This document shows positions 40,366 to 51,881 of a stretch of DNA of 64,000 bases, piece after piece; within the stretch, counting starts at the first letter, position 1, and each line of letters begins with the position of its first letter. The stretch is from Callorhinchus milii (lineage: Eukaryota). The position numbers were made by a program, and so were the translations under genes. Below the pieces are notes generated by a model. That model had not been told where the DNA came from, ran no database searches, and worked only from the letters and a program-made list of their open reading frames with translations. Location: positions 31,374,001-31,438,000 of the forward strand of contig NW_024704743.1 of the NCBI RefSeq assembly GCF_018977255.1, written 5' to 3'.

Positions 40366-40675
40366 AGGATCCTCTCTGGGGACGCCGACGGGCTCGACGG
40401 GCGGCCGCGTTTCGCCCCCGAAAAAACACAAGCGGCGCGCGGGCGGTCGCTCCTCCCCCGCGCAGTACGCCCCGCGCGAAGCGGCTTCGAGAAGGTCTCG
40501 GAAGAACGCGGTCGGGGGCCGCGGCCCGAACACAGGGATAGGGCATAAGGCCACGACGCCAATGCCGATTGTATTATATTATTATATTATTATTATTATT
40601 GTCTAAGAAGTTACATTTTTATCTACAGCAGCGCCTTTCAAGTCGGAAGTGCGTCCCAAACACGTGCAACTCAGT

Positions 40676-41188
40676 GCCCTGTCCCCCCCCCACACACCCC
40701 CTCCCTGTCCCCCCCACACCCCCTCCACCCCCTCCCTGTCCCCCCCGTCCCCCCACACCCCCTCCACCCCCACCCCGTCCCCCCCACACCCCCTGTCCCC
40801 CCACCCCCCCCCTGTCCCCCCCCACACACCCCCCCTCCCAGTCCCCCCCCACACCCCCTGTCCCCCCCACACACCCCCTCCCAGTCCCCCCCCCACACCC
40901 CCTGTCCCCCCCACACCCCCTGTCCCCCCCACACACCCCCTCCCGTCCCCCCACACTCCCTGTCCCCCCCCACACACCCCCCCTCCCCCACCCCCCCCCC
41001 CCACACCCCCTGTCCCCCCCCACACACCCCCTCCCTGTCCCCCACACACACCCCTGTCCCCCCACACCCCCTGTCCCCCCCCCCCCCCACCCCCCCCTGT
41101 CCCCCCCACCCCCCCTCCCTGTCCCCCCCACACACCCCCCCCCCTGTCCCCCACACCCCCCCTCCCTGTCCCCCCCCACACACACACA
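40676..41188. repeat. C-rich degenerate minisatellite (ccctgtcccccccacacaccccct-like units)
   Basis: Visible tandem units with long C runs; the opposite strand is dense in G-tracts. Confidence 0.9.
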
Positions 41189-41544
41189 GTGCGGTGAAGC
41201 GCGGCTGTGGCTGTGGCTGTGGCTGTGGCGGACCCCGGGCCGCCTGTGTGAGGGCGGGTCACCGCGGCCCCGGGGCTCCGGGCTCCGGGCTCGGGGGCTC
41301 CGGGCTCGGCGGAGCGGCTGCTGGCGGTGAGTCAGGCCGAGGCCGCTGGGGCCGAGCGGGGCCCAGGGCCCGGGGAGGCCTGGAACCCGCCTGGGCCTCA
41401 GTTACAGAGAGAGACCGACCCCACACACACACACACACCGGGGGGGAGGGAGGGGGGGACAGGGCCCGCGCTCACCCCCTCCCACCCCCGGGGTTTGCTC
41501 TCACCTCCTCCTCGGGGGGTCTCGGCCTCTCTCCCGGTCCTGTG

Positions 41545-42698
41545 TCTCTCTCTCTCTCTCCGTCTCTCACTCACTCTCTCTCTCTGACTCTCACTCACTC
41601 ACTCTCTCACTCACTCTCTCTCTGACTCTCACTCACTCACTCTCTCTCTCTGACTCTCACTCACTCACTCACTCACACTCTCTCTCTCTGACTCACTCAC
41701 TCACTCTGACTCTCTCACTCTCACACTACACTCTCTCTCTGACTCTCTCTCAAACTCACTCTCATACTCTACACTCACTCTCTCTCTGACTCTCACACTC
41801 ACTCTCTCTCTCTGACTCACACTCACTCAGATTCTCTCACTCTCTCATACTCTACACTCTCTGACTCTCACTCTCTCTCTCTGACTCTCACACTCACTCA
41901 CTCTGATTCTCTCACTCTCTCATACTCTACACTCTCTCTGACCCTCACACTCACACTCTCTCTCTGACTCACACACTCACTCACTCTGATTCTCTCACTC
42001 TCTCACACTCTACACTCTCTCTCTGACTCTCACTCTCTCTCTCTCTGACTCACACTCACTCTGATTCTCTCACTCTCATACTCTACACTCTCTCTGACCC
42101 TCACACTCACTCTCTCTCTCTGACTCTCACACTCACTCACTCTGATTCTCTCACTCTCTCATACTCTACACTCTCTCTGACTCTCACACTCTCACTTTCT
42201 CTCTGACTCACACACTCACTCACTCTGATTCTCTCACTCTCTCATACTCTACACTCTCTCTCTGACTCTCACTCTCTCTCTCTGACTCACACACTCTCAC
42301 TCACTCTGATTCTCTCACTCTCTCATACTCTACACTCTCTCTGACTCTCACACTCACTCTCTCTCTCTGACTCTCACACTCTACACTCTCTCTCTGACTC
42401 TCACGCTCTCACTCTCTCTCTCTCTCTGACTCACACTCACTCTGATTCTCTCACTCTCTCATACTCTGCACTCTCTGACTCTCACGCTCTCACTCTCTCT
42501 CTCTCTGACTCACACTCACTCTGATTCTCTCACACTACACTCACTCTCTGACTCACACTCACCCTCTCATACTCTACACTCTCTCGCTCTCTCTCACTCT
42601 CTACACTCTCTCTCTCACCCCTCTCATACTCTACACTCTCTCACTCTCTCTGACTCTCTCTCACTCACCCTCTCACACACACTCTCTCGCTCTCTCTG
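41545..42698. repeat. CT/CA-rich compound minisatellite
   Basis: Repeating ctctctctgactctcacactcactcactctgattctctcactctctcatactctacact blocks for ~1.15 kb. Confidence 0.92.
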
Positions 42699-43494
42699 AC
42701 CGGGACGGACGGAGCTTCGGGAGGAACCTGCTGGCCAGACCTGGACAGGGCTCAGAGAGACGGGGATTGTTTCATATAAAACATAACTTTGCTTTGCACC
42801 CTCTTCCCCCTGGGCACCCGTTCTTTCTGTAAGCGATTGCAATGTGCACCGGAATTGTATTTATTTTTCCCATTGTGGATTGCAAAATATAGCAGTGATT
42901 TGCTACAATGTAACCCGACTCGTACTCTGCACCAAATGTTTACATGTTTATTACAATATGTGCATGTCAACAATATGCGTACAGCCCATTCACTTTACGG
43001 CATGTTCTGAGAATCCCTTTGAGACATCTCAACCGAGCGACAAGGCCCCATGTCAACTCTTGCATTTCATACAATGCCTTATTGTTGAAATGTCTCAAAA
43101 GTGCTTCACAGAATTTAATGCAAAGCGCAGTGACTGTATGTTGTAGGTGAAAGCAGCAGCCAATTTTGTGTAGAGCAACGTCCCACAAATCACCTTGAAG
43201 TGAATGATTAATTCTTTTTTAGTACCAGCTATTGTCCCGAACACTCTCTCTCAATCCCTCCGTCTTGCCCCCTCTCCCCTTTTTTAAGTCCTGCCTGAAA
43301 ACCTTTTTCGACCGTTCATACTGTCACCTCCACCCCCCCACTGGTATCGTTGTAAAGCGCTTTGAGACGCTACCCTGCGTGGAGGGCGCTATATAAGTGC
43401 GAGTATATCAAATGTTGCACAAAAAACAGTCACATCACTTGAGTGTATCCCGTGAGGCACTTTGTGATATCTCAACAACTTAAGACACTGTACC

Positions 43495-43766
43495 AATAAT
43501 AATCGTTGTATTTGATATAGCGCTTTTTACATCTTCTAGACATCTCAAAGCGCTTCACAGAATATACTGTAAAGTGAATTGACCTTAGATTTGTGGGTGA
43601 AACACAGCAGACTATTGCACACAGCAGTGTCCCACCAACAGTTATGGACTGAAGTGACCAATTTATTATTGTTTTTTTTCTTGCGGGATTATTATCAGGC
43701 GTGTGGAGTAAGGAAACTTGGCCAGGGTTTTGCCTTGCCGGGTATGTAACCCAGGTCTCTCGCTTG
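43495..43766 (-). mobile_element. tRNA-headed SINE, short subfamily, head truncated
   Basis: Shared body and tail. Confidence 0.85.
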
Positions 43767-44114
43767 AGTTTGTGGGAAACTGGCGGAGGCGACTATATAG
43801 TCATGGCCAAAGAGGTAGATTTTTGGACAGGATTTGAAGACTGATAGAAGAGTGAGGGAGTTGGTGAAGGCTTAGCCACTGATAAGAGTAGTGGAGAGGC
43901 TGGGAGATGAGCTGCTGGTATGAGATAGCCAAGTGGAGTAGCAATCATTAGAGTGGTGAAGAAGAACAGAGAGATAGGGAGTCGCTGGGGCATGAAGGGA
44001 TTTCTGGATGAGGGGAAGACCCTGAAATTGATTTGTTGATTGATGGGCAGTGATGATGTGGTGATCAGTGTGCTGAGTTTGGTGCAGGTAAGGGTGGAGT
44101 CAGTACAGTTTTGT

Positions 44115-44486
44115 ATAATAATAATCATTGCATTTGATTATAGTGCCATATTACATCTTCGAGACTTCTCAAAGCCCTTCACAGAAATATACTGTAAAGT
44201 GAATTGACTGTATATTTTGTGGGCGAAACACGGCAGCCAATTGCACACGGCAACGTCCCACAAACAGTGGTGGATTGAAGTGACCAATTTATTATTGTTT
44301 TTTTGAAGGATTATTACACCCAGAAAAGTGATCCGTCAATCGACTAACAACCAGGTTCCTGCTTACTGCTAGGTAAACAGAGGCGTGTGCAGAAAGGAAA
44401 CTTGCCCAACATTTCATCTTGCTGGAAATCAAACTCGGGTCTCTCACTTGCGAGGCGAATCCTCCAGCACTGAGCTACAGGACTCC
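44115..44486 (-). mobile_element. tRNA-headed SINE, long subfamily
   Basis: Same family plus the internal ctgtttacctagcagtaag..ggaacc..gttgttagtcgatt segment. Confidence 0.9.
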
Positions 44487-44915
44487 TGGATGGTGGAACA
44501 AGGGAGAGTGGTAAGGAATATGTTTGAGAAGTCAAGTCAGGGTGTAACAAGGTGTGCATGAGGTTTCTTTTGCGTGAGTTTGGAATGACTGATGACCAAT
44601 AAATGACTATCCTTCTTGAAGGGAGATAAGCAGAGTTTTCTTGGAACTGAACTGGCTCCAAAAGAATGTTGGAATTGAATTGACCCCATGTGGCTATTTT
44701 GGTCATCTGGTTCCTGGGCCAGAGGGGTCCAGTTTCCCAGAGCACAGCTGATGACAACCCAGCCAACCTGGTTCATCGGCAGGACTTTTGAGGATCGAAC
44801 CAAACGCTTAGGGTTATGTACCTCCATTTTGATCTCTGACATTTACACATCTTAGTGTTTACATGCATTAATATAGAAGAATCACAGAAGTTAAAGATGT
44901 CCCGATATTTCCTGT

Positions 44916-45654
44916 ACAAAGTCCTGTTACCCCTGTTTTTTTNAAAACCAATGATATTTTATTTTCTGTTGCAGATGAGTCAAGTGTAACAATGTGTGAT
45001 ACCAGTAGCTACACCATCGAGGAACGTGTTGTGGTCAGTACCTGGGTCCACGAACGGCCGAGGACCAGAAAGACGATGGAAAATGTACGTAGTGATTTTA
45101 AGGAACGGTTCCAAAAAGTGGCTCCCCCCAAAATGACTCTGTTAAGATGGGAGAAGAAACTATTCACAATAGGAAGTGTGAGAGATGGTGATCGGACAGG
45201 GAGACCACCCACAAGACATAAACAGTGCGCTACAGTTGCCGAGTCTATTCAGAGGTCACCCAAGAAGTCACTCCGTCGGCTCTCATCAGAACTGGGTATC
45301 CCAACATCAACGTTACACAAGCATCTGAAGTTGGATCTGAAGATGCATCCCTACCATCCCGCATTTGTCAATGAACTGACAGACGAAGACAGAGGAGCTG
45401 AAACAAGCTGTCAGAGATGCATTTCACCTCATCACTCCATCAATGTTACGGAAGATATCGTACCAAACGCAGTGACGGATCATTATCTGCCATGAAAATG
45501 ATGGCACTCACAGCGACCTCCGTACATCTAAATACAATTAAACAAATGTACTGAATACATTGAAGTACTTCTAAATACAATTATCATTCTTCCACGTTCC
45601 AGTTGTTGGTCAGTAGAAAAAAACATGGGGAATAACAGGACTTTGTGAACACCT
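44916..45654 (+). mobile_element. Internally deleted Tc1/mariner-superfamily DNA transposon (maT/rosa-like, DUF4817-type N-terminus)
   Basis: Inverted repeats acaaagtcctgttacccctgttttttt (44916-44942) and aaaaaaacatggggaataacaggactttgt-gaacacct (45617-45654). Transposase N-terminus is joined near 45394 to the transposase C-terminus in another frame (ELKQAVRDAFHLITPSMLRKISYQTQ*RIIICHENDGTHSDL); the catalytic domain is absent. Confidence 0.85.
44992..45495 (+). CDS. Transposase-derived paired HTH DNA-binding ORF, 167 aa (expression unknown)
   Basis: YTIEERV..F.ERF..APPKMTLLRWEKKLFTIGSVRDGDRTGRPPT..V.ESIQRSPKKSLRRLSSELGIPTSTLHKHLKLDLKMHPY follows the HTH - GRPR-like - HTH layout of mariner-like transposases; preceded by ttttattttctgttgcag (ends 44974). 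Confidence 0.5.
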   Translation: MCDTSSYTIEERVVVSTWVHERPRTRKTMENVRSDFKERFQKVAPPKMTLLRWEKKLFTIGSVRDGDRTGRPPTRHKQCATVAESIQRSPKKSLRRLSSELGIPTSTLHKHLKLDLKMHPYHPAFVNELTDEDRGAETSCQRCISPHHSINVTEDIVPNAVTDHYLP

Positions 45655-46111
45655 TCAGACAACTCAGTGCTCCCCTTCTCACTATATTTTTCGTCGTATT
45701 TTCATTATACTCATTTGTGAATCATAATGAAAAAGTGTAGAAATAATGAAATTGTTACACAGTTTGTTCTGCTTGGTCGTTTCTCTTTCGGTGTCTGCTT
45801 GCTAGTATATTGCTCATCATGACAGAAATGATTCCAGGTCAGTCAAAAATTTAAATAAAACAAATCCTCCTTCCCTGCCCTTACCATAATTTAGTTCAAC
45901 ACAAGGCCAATAGTTCTTAGTAACATTTCATCCCTTCAGTTGTATTACACTGAATCCTCCTTTTCTCATTTCCCACTGGATATAAGGATTGTGAGCATAG
46001 CCAAGTGAAGGGAGGAAGTAAAAATTAGCAAATTTGTACCTTATTGTTGAAAAGTGAGACTTCGATTGTAAAGTGTAAAAGATTGGGTGAGGCGAGTCAG
46101 GCTTTCCTCCA

Positions 46112-46393
46112 TAGTCCTGCAGCTCAGTGGTTAGAGCACTCGCTTTGCAAGTGAGAGACCTGAGTTCGATTCCCGGCAGGGTGAAACCTTGGGCAAGTTT
46201 CCTTACTCCACACATCTGATAATAATCCCTCAAGAAAAAAAATAAATTAGTCATTTCAATCCACAACTGTTTGAGGGACACTGCTGCATTTCACCCACAA
46301 ATATAGTCAATTCACTTTAGTCTATTCTGTGAAGCGCTTTGAGACATCTAGAAGACATGAAGAGCTATATCAAATGCTAGGATTATTATTATT
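46112..46393 (+). mobile_element. tRNA-headed SINE, short subfamily
   Basis: A/B boxes, shared body and tail. Confidence 0.9.
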
Positions 46394-47394
46394 AGTCACA
46401 TAGCCAATCAACACACTCACCAATGCAATTCACACATAAAGGGCCAGTTGAGTGAAATACTAGTTGATAGCTGACAAGCCACAATAGTCATTATTGGATG
46501 GGGGTGGGGGAGAAGAAGAAATTGTGTAAGACACAAAGGGAGTTCATATTGTTGAGGATGAGATAAAAATAGTTGCCAAATTGATCATTCACAACATTGC
46601 TGTGCAATTTGGTCTTTGTTTGTCTATAAAATAATCATTGCATTTGGTTTGGAAGACATTCCAAAGCACTTCACAGGATTTACTGTGAAGTGGACTGAGT
46701 ATGCTTAGGCGAACACAGCAGCTCAATTGCGCACAGCAATATCCTTCAAACAGTTATGAAGTGATTGCCTTTTCTTTGGAGGATTGTTGGCCAGGACACC
46801 ACAAGAAACTTCTCTTTTTGAATAGTGCCATGAAATCATTAAAGTCCACCTGAACAACCAAACAGGATCTCACAGCCCTAACCCAGCAACTCCCTCTGCT
46901 TAGCGAAAACTGCATAATATCCCGCTTGATCCACTCTACCATCAGCAGGGATCTTTCAATCATTCTGCCTCTGCTCTCTGGAGTTTAATTTTGACGAGCT
47001 AAAACCAAAAACTTACCATCGGAAGCACTGTAAGGCAAGCTTCCCGCTGCTTGTCCAGCTACCTGTTAGGGTTTGGGTTTCAAAGAGGAGCCGAGTGACA
47101 ACAGTCTGCCCCTCCAAGTCCTGCCAATGAGCTAGATGGCATCAGCAGTGCCCTGAAAAACTACCCACCCCCCCAAACAATAGTCTCTTGTTGGTCATTT
47201 GATATCCACCTTCATTAGGTGAATGGCAGGTACCAGAAACTTCCTGGTTAACAGCACAGCAATGGCTCCTTATGAATTGTATTACGATATATTCCTAAAA
47301 TAAATAGGGAACGTGGTATGAAGAGATGGGTCTTAAGGCGGCTTTATGCTGTATAGAAATCGCAATTTGTTGCAAGATCAAAGGCAGAAAACAC

Positions 47395-50300
47395 CATTTA
47401 AATTGAAATACTTTATTTCCACTTCTCAAAGTTCAAACAAAAATTGAGTGTTTGCACAAAGCTTGGGAGTTTTTTTTTTAAAAAAAACATTTTTTTCAGT
47501 ACCTTAAACAATTCAGAACTGTGCCAGCATATTGCAGGTTTATAACAAAATTACATTTGTATAGCGCCTTTCATGTCAGGAAGACGTCCCAAGGCGCTGG
47601 ACAATCAGTGTTTCAGACCCAAGCTGGGGGTCGGGATTGGGGAGGGTGGAGGACGGGGGGGAAAGGAGGGTGACCGAAGGCACGGTCGAAGAAGGTGTTG
47701 AGACAGGTCTTGAAGGAGGCAGAGAGCTGGGTGGAGTTCCAGAAGGTGGGGGCAGTGGCAGAGTTCTGGATGATCTGCAGCCTACGGGGGGCAGGTGTTG
47801 GGGAGGCCGACAATCAGGGAGTTTGTGTATGTTTATAAATGCGTGTCCGAGGGTCTCGGCGGCCTACGGTGTGAGACAGTGGCGGAGGTTTAACGTGTGA
47901 TACACACTAAATTTTCCATTTACAATTTGTACAGTTTCAACATATCAGCGAGCATCCACCTTGAGGTTAAACTGCATCTCAAATCAAATTATTTACAAAA
48001 GCAGGTGATAAAAAGTTTACAAAATTAAATTCAGTTCCTAAAAGTTTTGCGGCAGTGATGGCTAATACATTGATACGTAAAATATGCTGTACAAAAATGC
48101 AGAACAATTTAACCCTGGTGGAAGTATGCAATGTCTTTTTAAATACTAGGTTATATTATATATAATTTGTTTCCTTTTTTAAAAAAAATGGAAGAACAGT
48201 ACCTTAGCATGTTCAGATTTTTTATACATAGTTCTATACTTAGATCTTTCTGTACATATTTATACATGAAATAACCCATTGGGTTCTGGATATACAGCGT
48301 TAACCACAGTAGATTGTGAAATAAGCCGATGGCACCAGACAGTGTGCATACAATTTAAAGATAGTACAATTCAGAAACCAAGTTTTAACTGGGTTGGTTT
48401 ACTGAACTATTCATAGAGTAAAGTAAATGTTACTAAAATCCCTTCATGGTTCCACAGAAAATGGAAACCAAACTTTTTTTTTTAAAGAGGCAAAAAAGCA
48501 CAACATTCTCTGAATTACTTACAAAACACAGTTGTAGAATAATAACTGCAGAATGGAGTCCTAGTGTGGATTGCGCAGGGTTCATTTACCATTGAAGGAA
48601 AACAGATGTGGTGAAGCAGAGTTCAGTTGGATCAAGCTGATTCTACGCGAATGGATTCAAGTGAAGTTCTTACAAATTATTGTATTCATTCACTTTACAA
48701 TAAGTGAACAATAGTGGAAGAGTGATACCAGAGTAGCATTTCTAAACAGTTCAAACATCATAGGTTTCAATCTCATCTCAGTTGAGTAATTAATGGCATT
48801 CACCACAATAGCACAGCAATGGGTGGAAACAAAACAGCTGGCAGATCAAGATCATGAAGTTTTGCTGATACAGTAAAACGAGTGGCTGGCTTGGTTTAGC
48901 ACTGGCCTATATCAATGCATAACATAACTGTTGTAAGCTCAATTTTTGCAGTACATTAAATGATTTTGTCTAATTAAGATGAATAGAAAATATTTCAGTC
49001 CAGCAATTCAATTCATTTTCGTCAGTTAAATCCACTGGAGAAACCAGTAAATATACCACTAGCCTCAATGAATACTCAACTGGAAAGAAAGCAGATCAAC
49101 TGTAGAAGCTCATTCAATTCAGTGTTGCTTTAATAATATCTTAACCTATTAAGTGTTTCATTATCAGGACATTCGTGGCAGAATAGGGTTCTGTTTTAAT
49201 AATCAGCTCTCGTAGTTTCACTAAATCCTTCCCAGGGTGCAGGGAAAGACTAGAAATGCTTGGGAATGCCAACTGCGCAGTTTCAAGATCAAATACATTG
49301 CTTTGTAACAATATTACAAACATTTGTTCAACAATTATTGGCCACATTTATATTTGTCATACCATGAGTATTCTCAGATTTTCCAAACTGTTTTTAGTTA
49401 ATCTATTGTGACGTTCTGTTCCTTCAGAGGTTCTGGAGCATATGGTTACCAGTTAATACAACGCAGTGTGGGACCAGAACCATACTGCAAGCATATAAAC
49501 ATTGCATGTTAGTATAATGGCCACATTCAGATTGAGTTTTCTTCGTCTAACCCATTCACGCAACTACCAAGTACTCGTATTTATAAAATTGGTGGTTTTC
49601 AACAGCTCTTTGGTTGTAAATAGCATTTGATTTAGATTATGTAGATTTAGTTACAATCAGTTACAACCATTTTGCAGAACGAATATTCAAAAATTAATAG
49701 GAAAAATCCAACTACCTATAGGCTGTGCCCATTTAGCCACCATTGGGTGGAAGAATTTGAGAATGTCAACCCACAAGTATGATCCAGAGAACGCAGGTAA
49801 ACAATTTCAGGAGATCACTTCCTATTAGCCTTTGGTAAAAAACAATTTATGGCCCCAAAGATAGTCTTATAGAGGAGGTCCCAAAATACAAGTAGCTTTT
49901 CTACTCGACAAACATCAGCTCCTCAGAAGAAAAGACAGAGTTCAACATACAGTTGGTTCAACCACATTTCAGTTTCAGATCTTTCATTTCAAAGATCAGT
50001 ATTAGCACTCTAATGTACACAAGCCCACCAGGTAATTCCTGCTGTTGTTCACTCATTTACCACTTCACAGCAAGGGAAAGCAATGCAATAGGAGGAGCAG
50101 CTTCACTTTAAGGTGTGATGTATAGCACCTTTCACGTCCTCCTGATATGAAAGGCTCTATACAAATGTAATTTGTTATTGTTGATGAAGCCTTCTGGTTC
50201 ACATTCATAAAACACAAATCCAGTCATTGCAGGACACCCTACCCCCAAAAAAAAACACAAATTGAGATTCCACCCCTCCCCAGTTAGTACTAATTTTGTA

Positions 50301-51612
50301 ACTTTTCAACAGTTGCAATTTATCCTTGGAATGGATTCGAACCCAAGTCCCAGAATTTAAAACGCTCACTCACACCACCCACTTCAGTCCATTGAAAACA
50401 AATGATTCCACTGTCATGAAACAACATCTGTACATGCTATGTTTTCATACTTTCTCCCATTTCAGTTAAAGGAGAAAAATACTTAAAATGTATCTGAACT
50501 TCATTTTGGGCAGATCCTCAAGATTAAAGATAAAGGGGTCGCAACAGCAACAGTTGACAATGAGATTTACTAACAGCAACTGAGTCACAAATTGTAATTA
50601 TGGGAAGACTGTGACATACTGCTGGTTTATAGGTCTCTGGGCATCAGTCAATCTGATTGCAAAGACTGCAACGCAAGAGTTAAACATATAAATTTTGAAC
50701 GACTAACAATTTTATCATTTGACTGAACTACCGTTCAAACATGAACCAAGCTATTCTGCAACATTATTTTACACAAAATACTTAAGGAACAATTACACAG
50801 ATCAATTGCCTCACTCATCCAACTTAAGCCAAGAAAACAGAGCAAAGAATTGTGCATTAACATTCAAGACTTCCAGTCTCCAACATATTTCAGTTGTAGG
50901 TCAAATTTAAAGGTAATAGAGGTATTTATTAATACCATTTCCAAAATGGTTTGCGATTGCTTTTGCAACTATCTATAACATCCTCTATAGATTTTCTTCT
51001 TCCACCCATAAGTGCCCTGCAGCATCCTATCAATACTATTGGCAGAACTCATGTAAAACAGGACAAACAGCAGCAAAGCAGCCAACTCAGCCACTACCTT
51101 TTCAGTCAGGTGAAATCAAATAAGAACATATGAAATGCTAAGCGAAAAAAAGACCAAGGTCCATTTAGTTCGCCTTCCACCTTCCTGGCAGTCGAATGTC
51201 CTGAACTACCCATAGTACCTGGGGATGTGTCACAAGATTTCAGAACTATTAGACATAGATCGCCAATTAACTGCAGATTGAAGTCAGAGGGGCTCAACAT
51301 GGATTGGAAGGAGAAATAAAATATACCATCATTAGATAAACATGGTGATGCACATTGAAGCTTCATTTCATGCCAAATACATAAACTACATAAAAATATT
51401 AATTAGTACAAACACCTCAACTGTTGAGATAGTTTAGACTATTAGAACTTGTACTGCCTGTGGTTTTATTGGTGAAAAGTTACATCACATCCACTCATCA
51501 GTAACTGCTACAGATTTCACTAAGGAAGTCACCAATCCAGAACCCAACCTTCTGTCTGGGTCCATCACTGACAGCACTATTAAGACATTTTTTATTTTAA
51601 AAAATTGAATGG
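47395..51612 (-). other. E2F3: Probable E2F3 3' UTR
   Basis: AT-rich, relatively repeat-poor stretch after the stop; AATAAA on the minus strand at 47417-47412. The end is inferred from that signal; other poly(A) sites are possible. Confidence 0.55.
47545..47897 (-). mobile_element. Internally deleted L2 3' fragment within the probable E2F3 3' UTR
   Basis: RRLQIIQNSA..FWNS..SFKTCLNTFFDRAFGH and the L2 stem-loop tail. Confidence 0.8.
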
Positions 51613-51881
51613 TTACATAAAATCTTCCAAGGGGAATAGCCCATCAACATCACAGTCAAATAGATCACTGATGCCTGCTTTATCACCGATAGTAAGCAGA
51701 TATTCTTCCTGAGACACTGACGGAGACAGATTTACAAATAGTCCTTCCTCCTCCATGGGAGATGAAATCTGATCTTCAGTTTGTTGCAAAAGATTGTTCA
51801 GAGGTGCCAAAGGTGAAAGGCGTGCAAAGTGTGTACCTGAACACTCGCTGTGTTGAACCCCGTTAGAAGCTTCAGCATCTG
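51613..51881 (-). CDS. E2F3: E2F3 last coding exon (transactivation / pocket-protein-binding region)
   Basis: ttttatag|cag acceptor; ...LSPLAPLNNLLQQTEDQI...EEYLLTIGDKAGISDLFDCD...PLEDFM*; LLQQTEDQI and the terminal EDFM match E2F3 rather than E2F1/2. Adjacency to CDKAL1 supports orthology. Confidence 0.95.

Larger units (their letters stand above)
40080..41560. promoter_or_regulatory. CpG island / GC-rich segment between CDKAL1 and E2F3
   Basis: Very high GC and CpG density at about 40230-40560 and 41190-41540 against an AT-rich background; strong plus-strand donor GCG|GTGAGT at 41327. Confidence 0.7.

Noticed and set aside
40046..40606. Overlapping 100-166 aa GC-rich ORFs
   Set aside because: The sequence is a CR1 end plus a GC-shifted SINE; the lack of stops follows from composition.
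40569..41330. Pro-rich and Gly-rich ORFs of 170-253 aa in all frames
   Set aside because: Stop-free by-product of the C-rich minisatellite.
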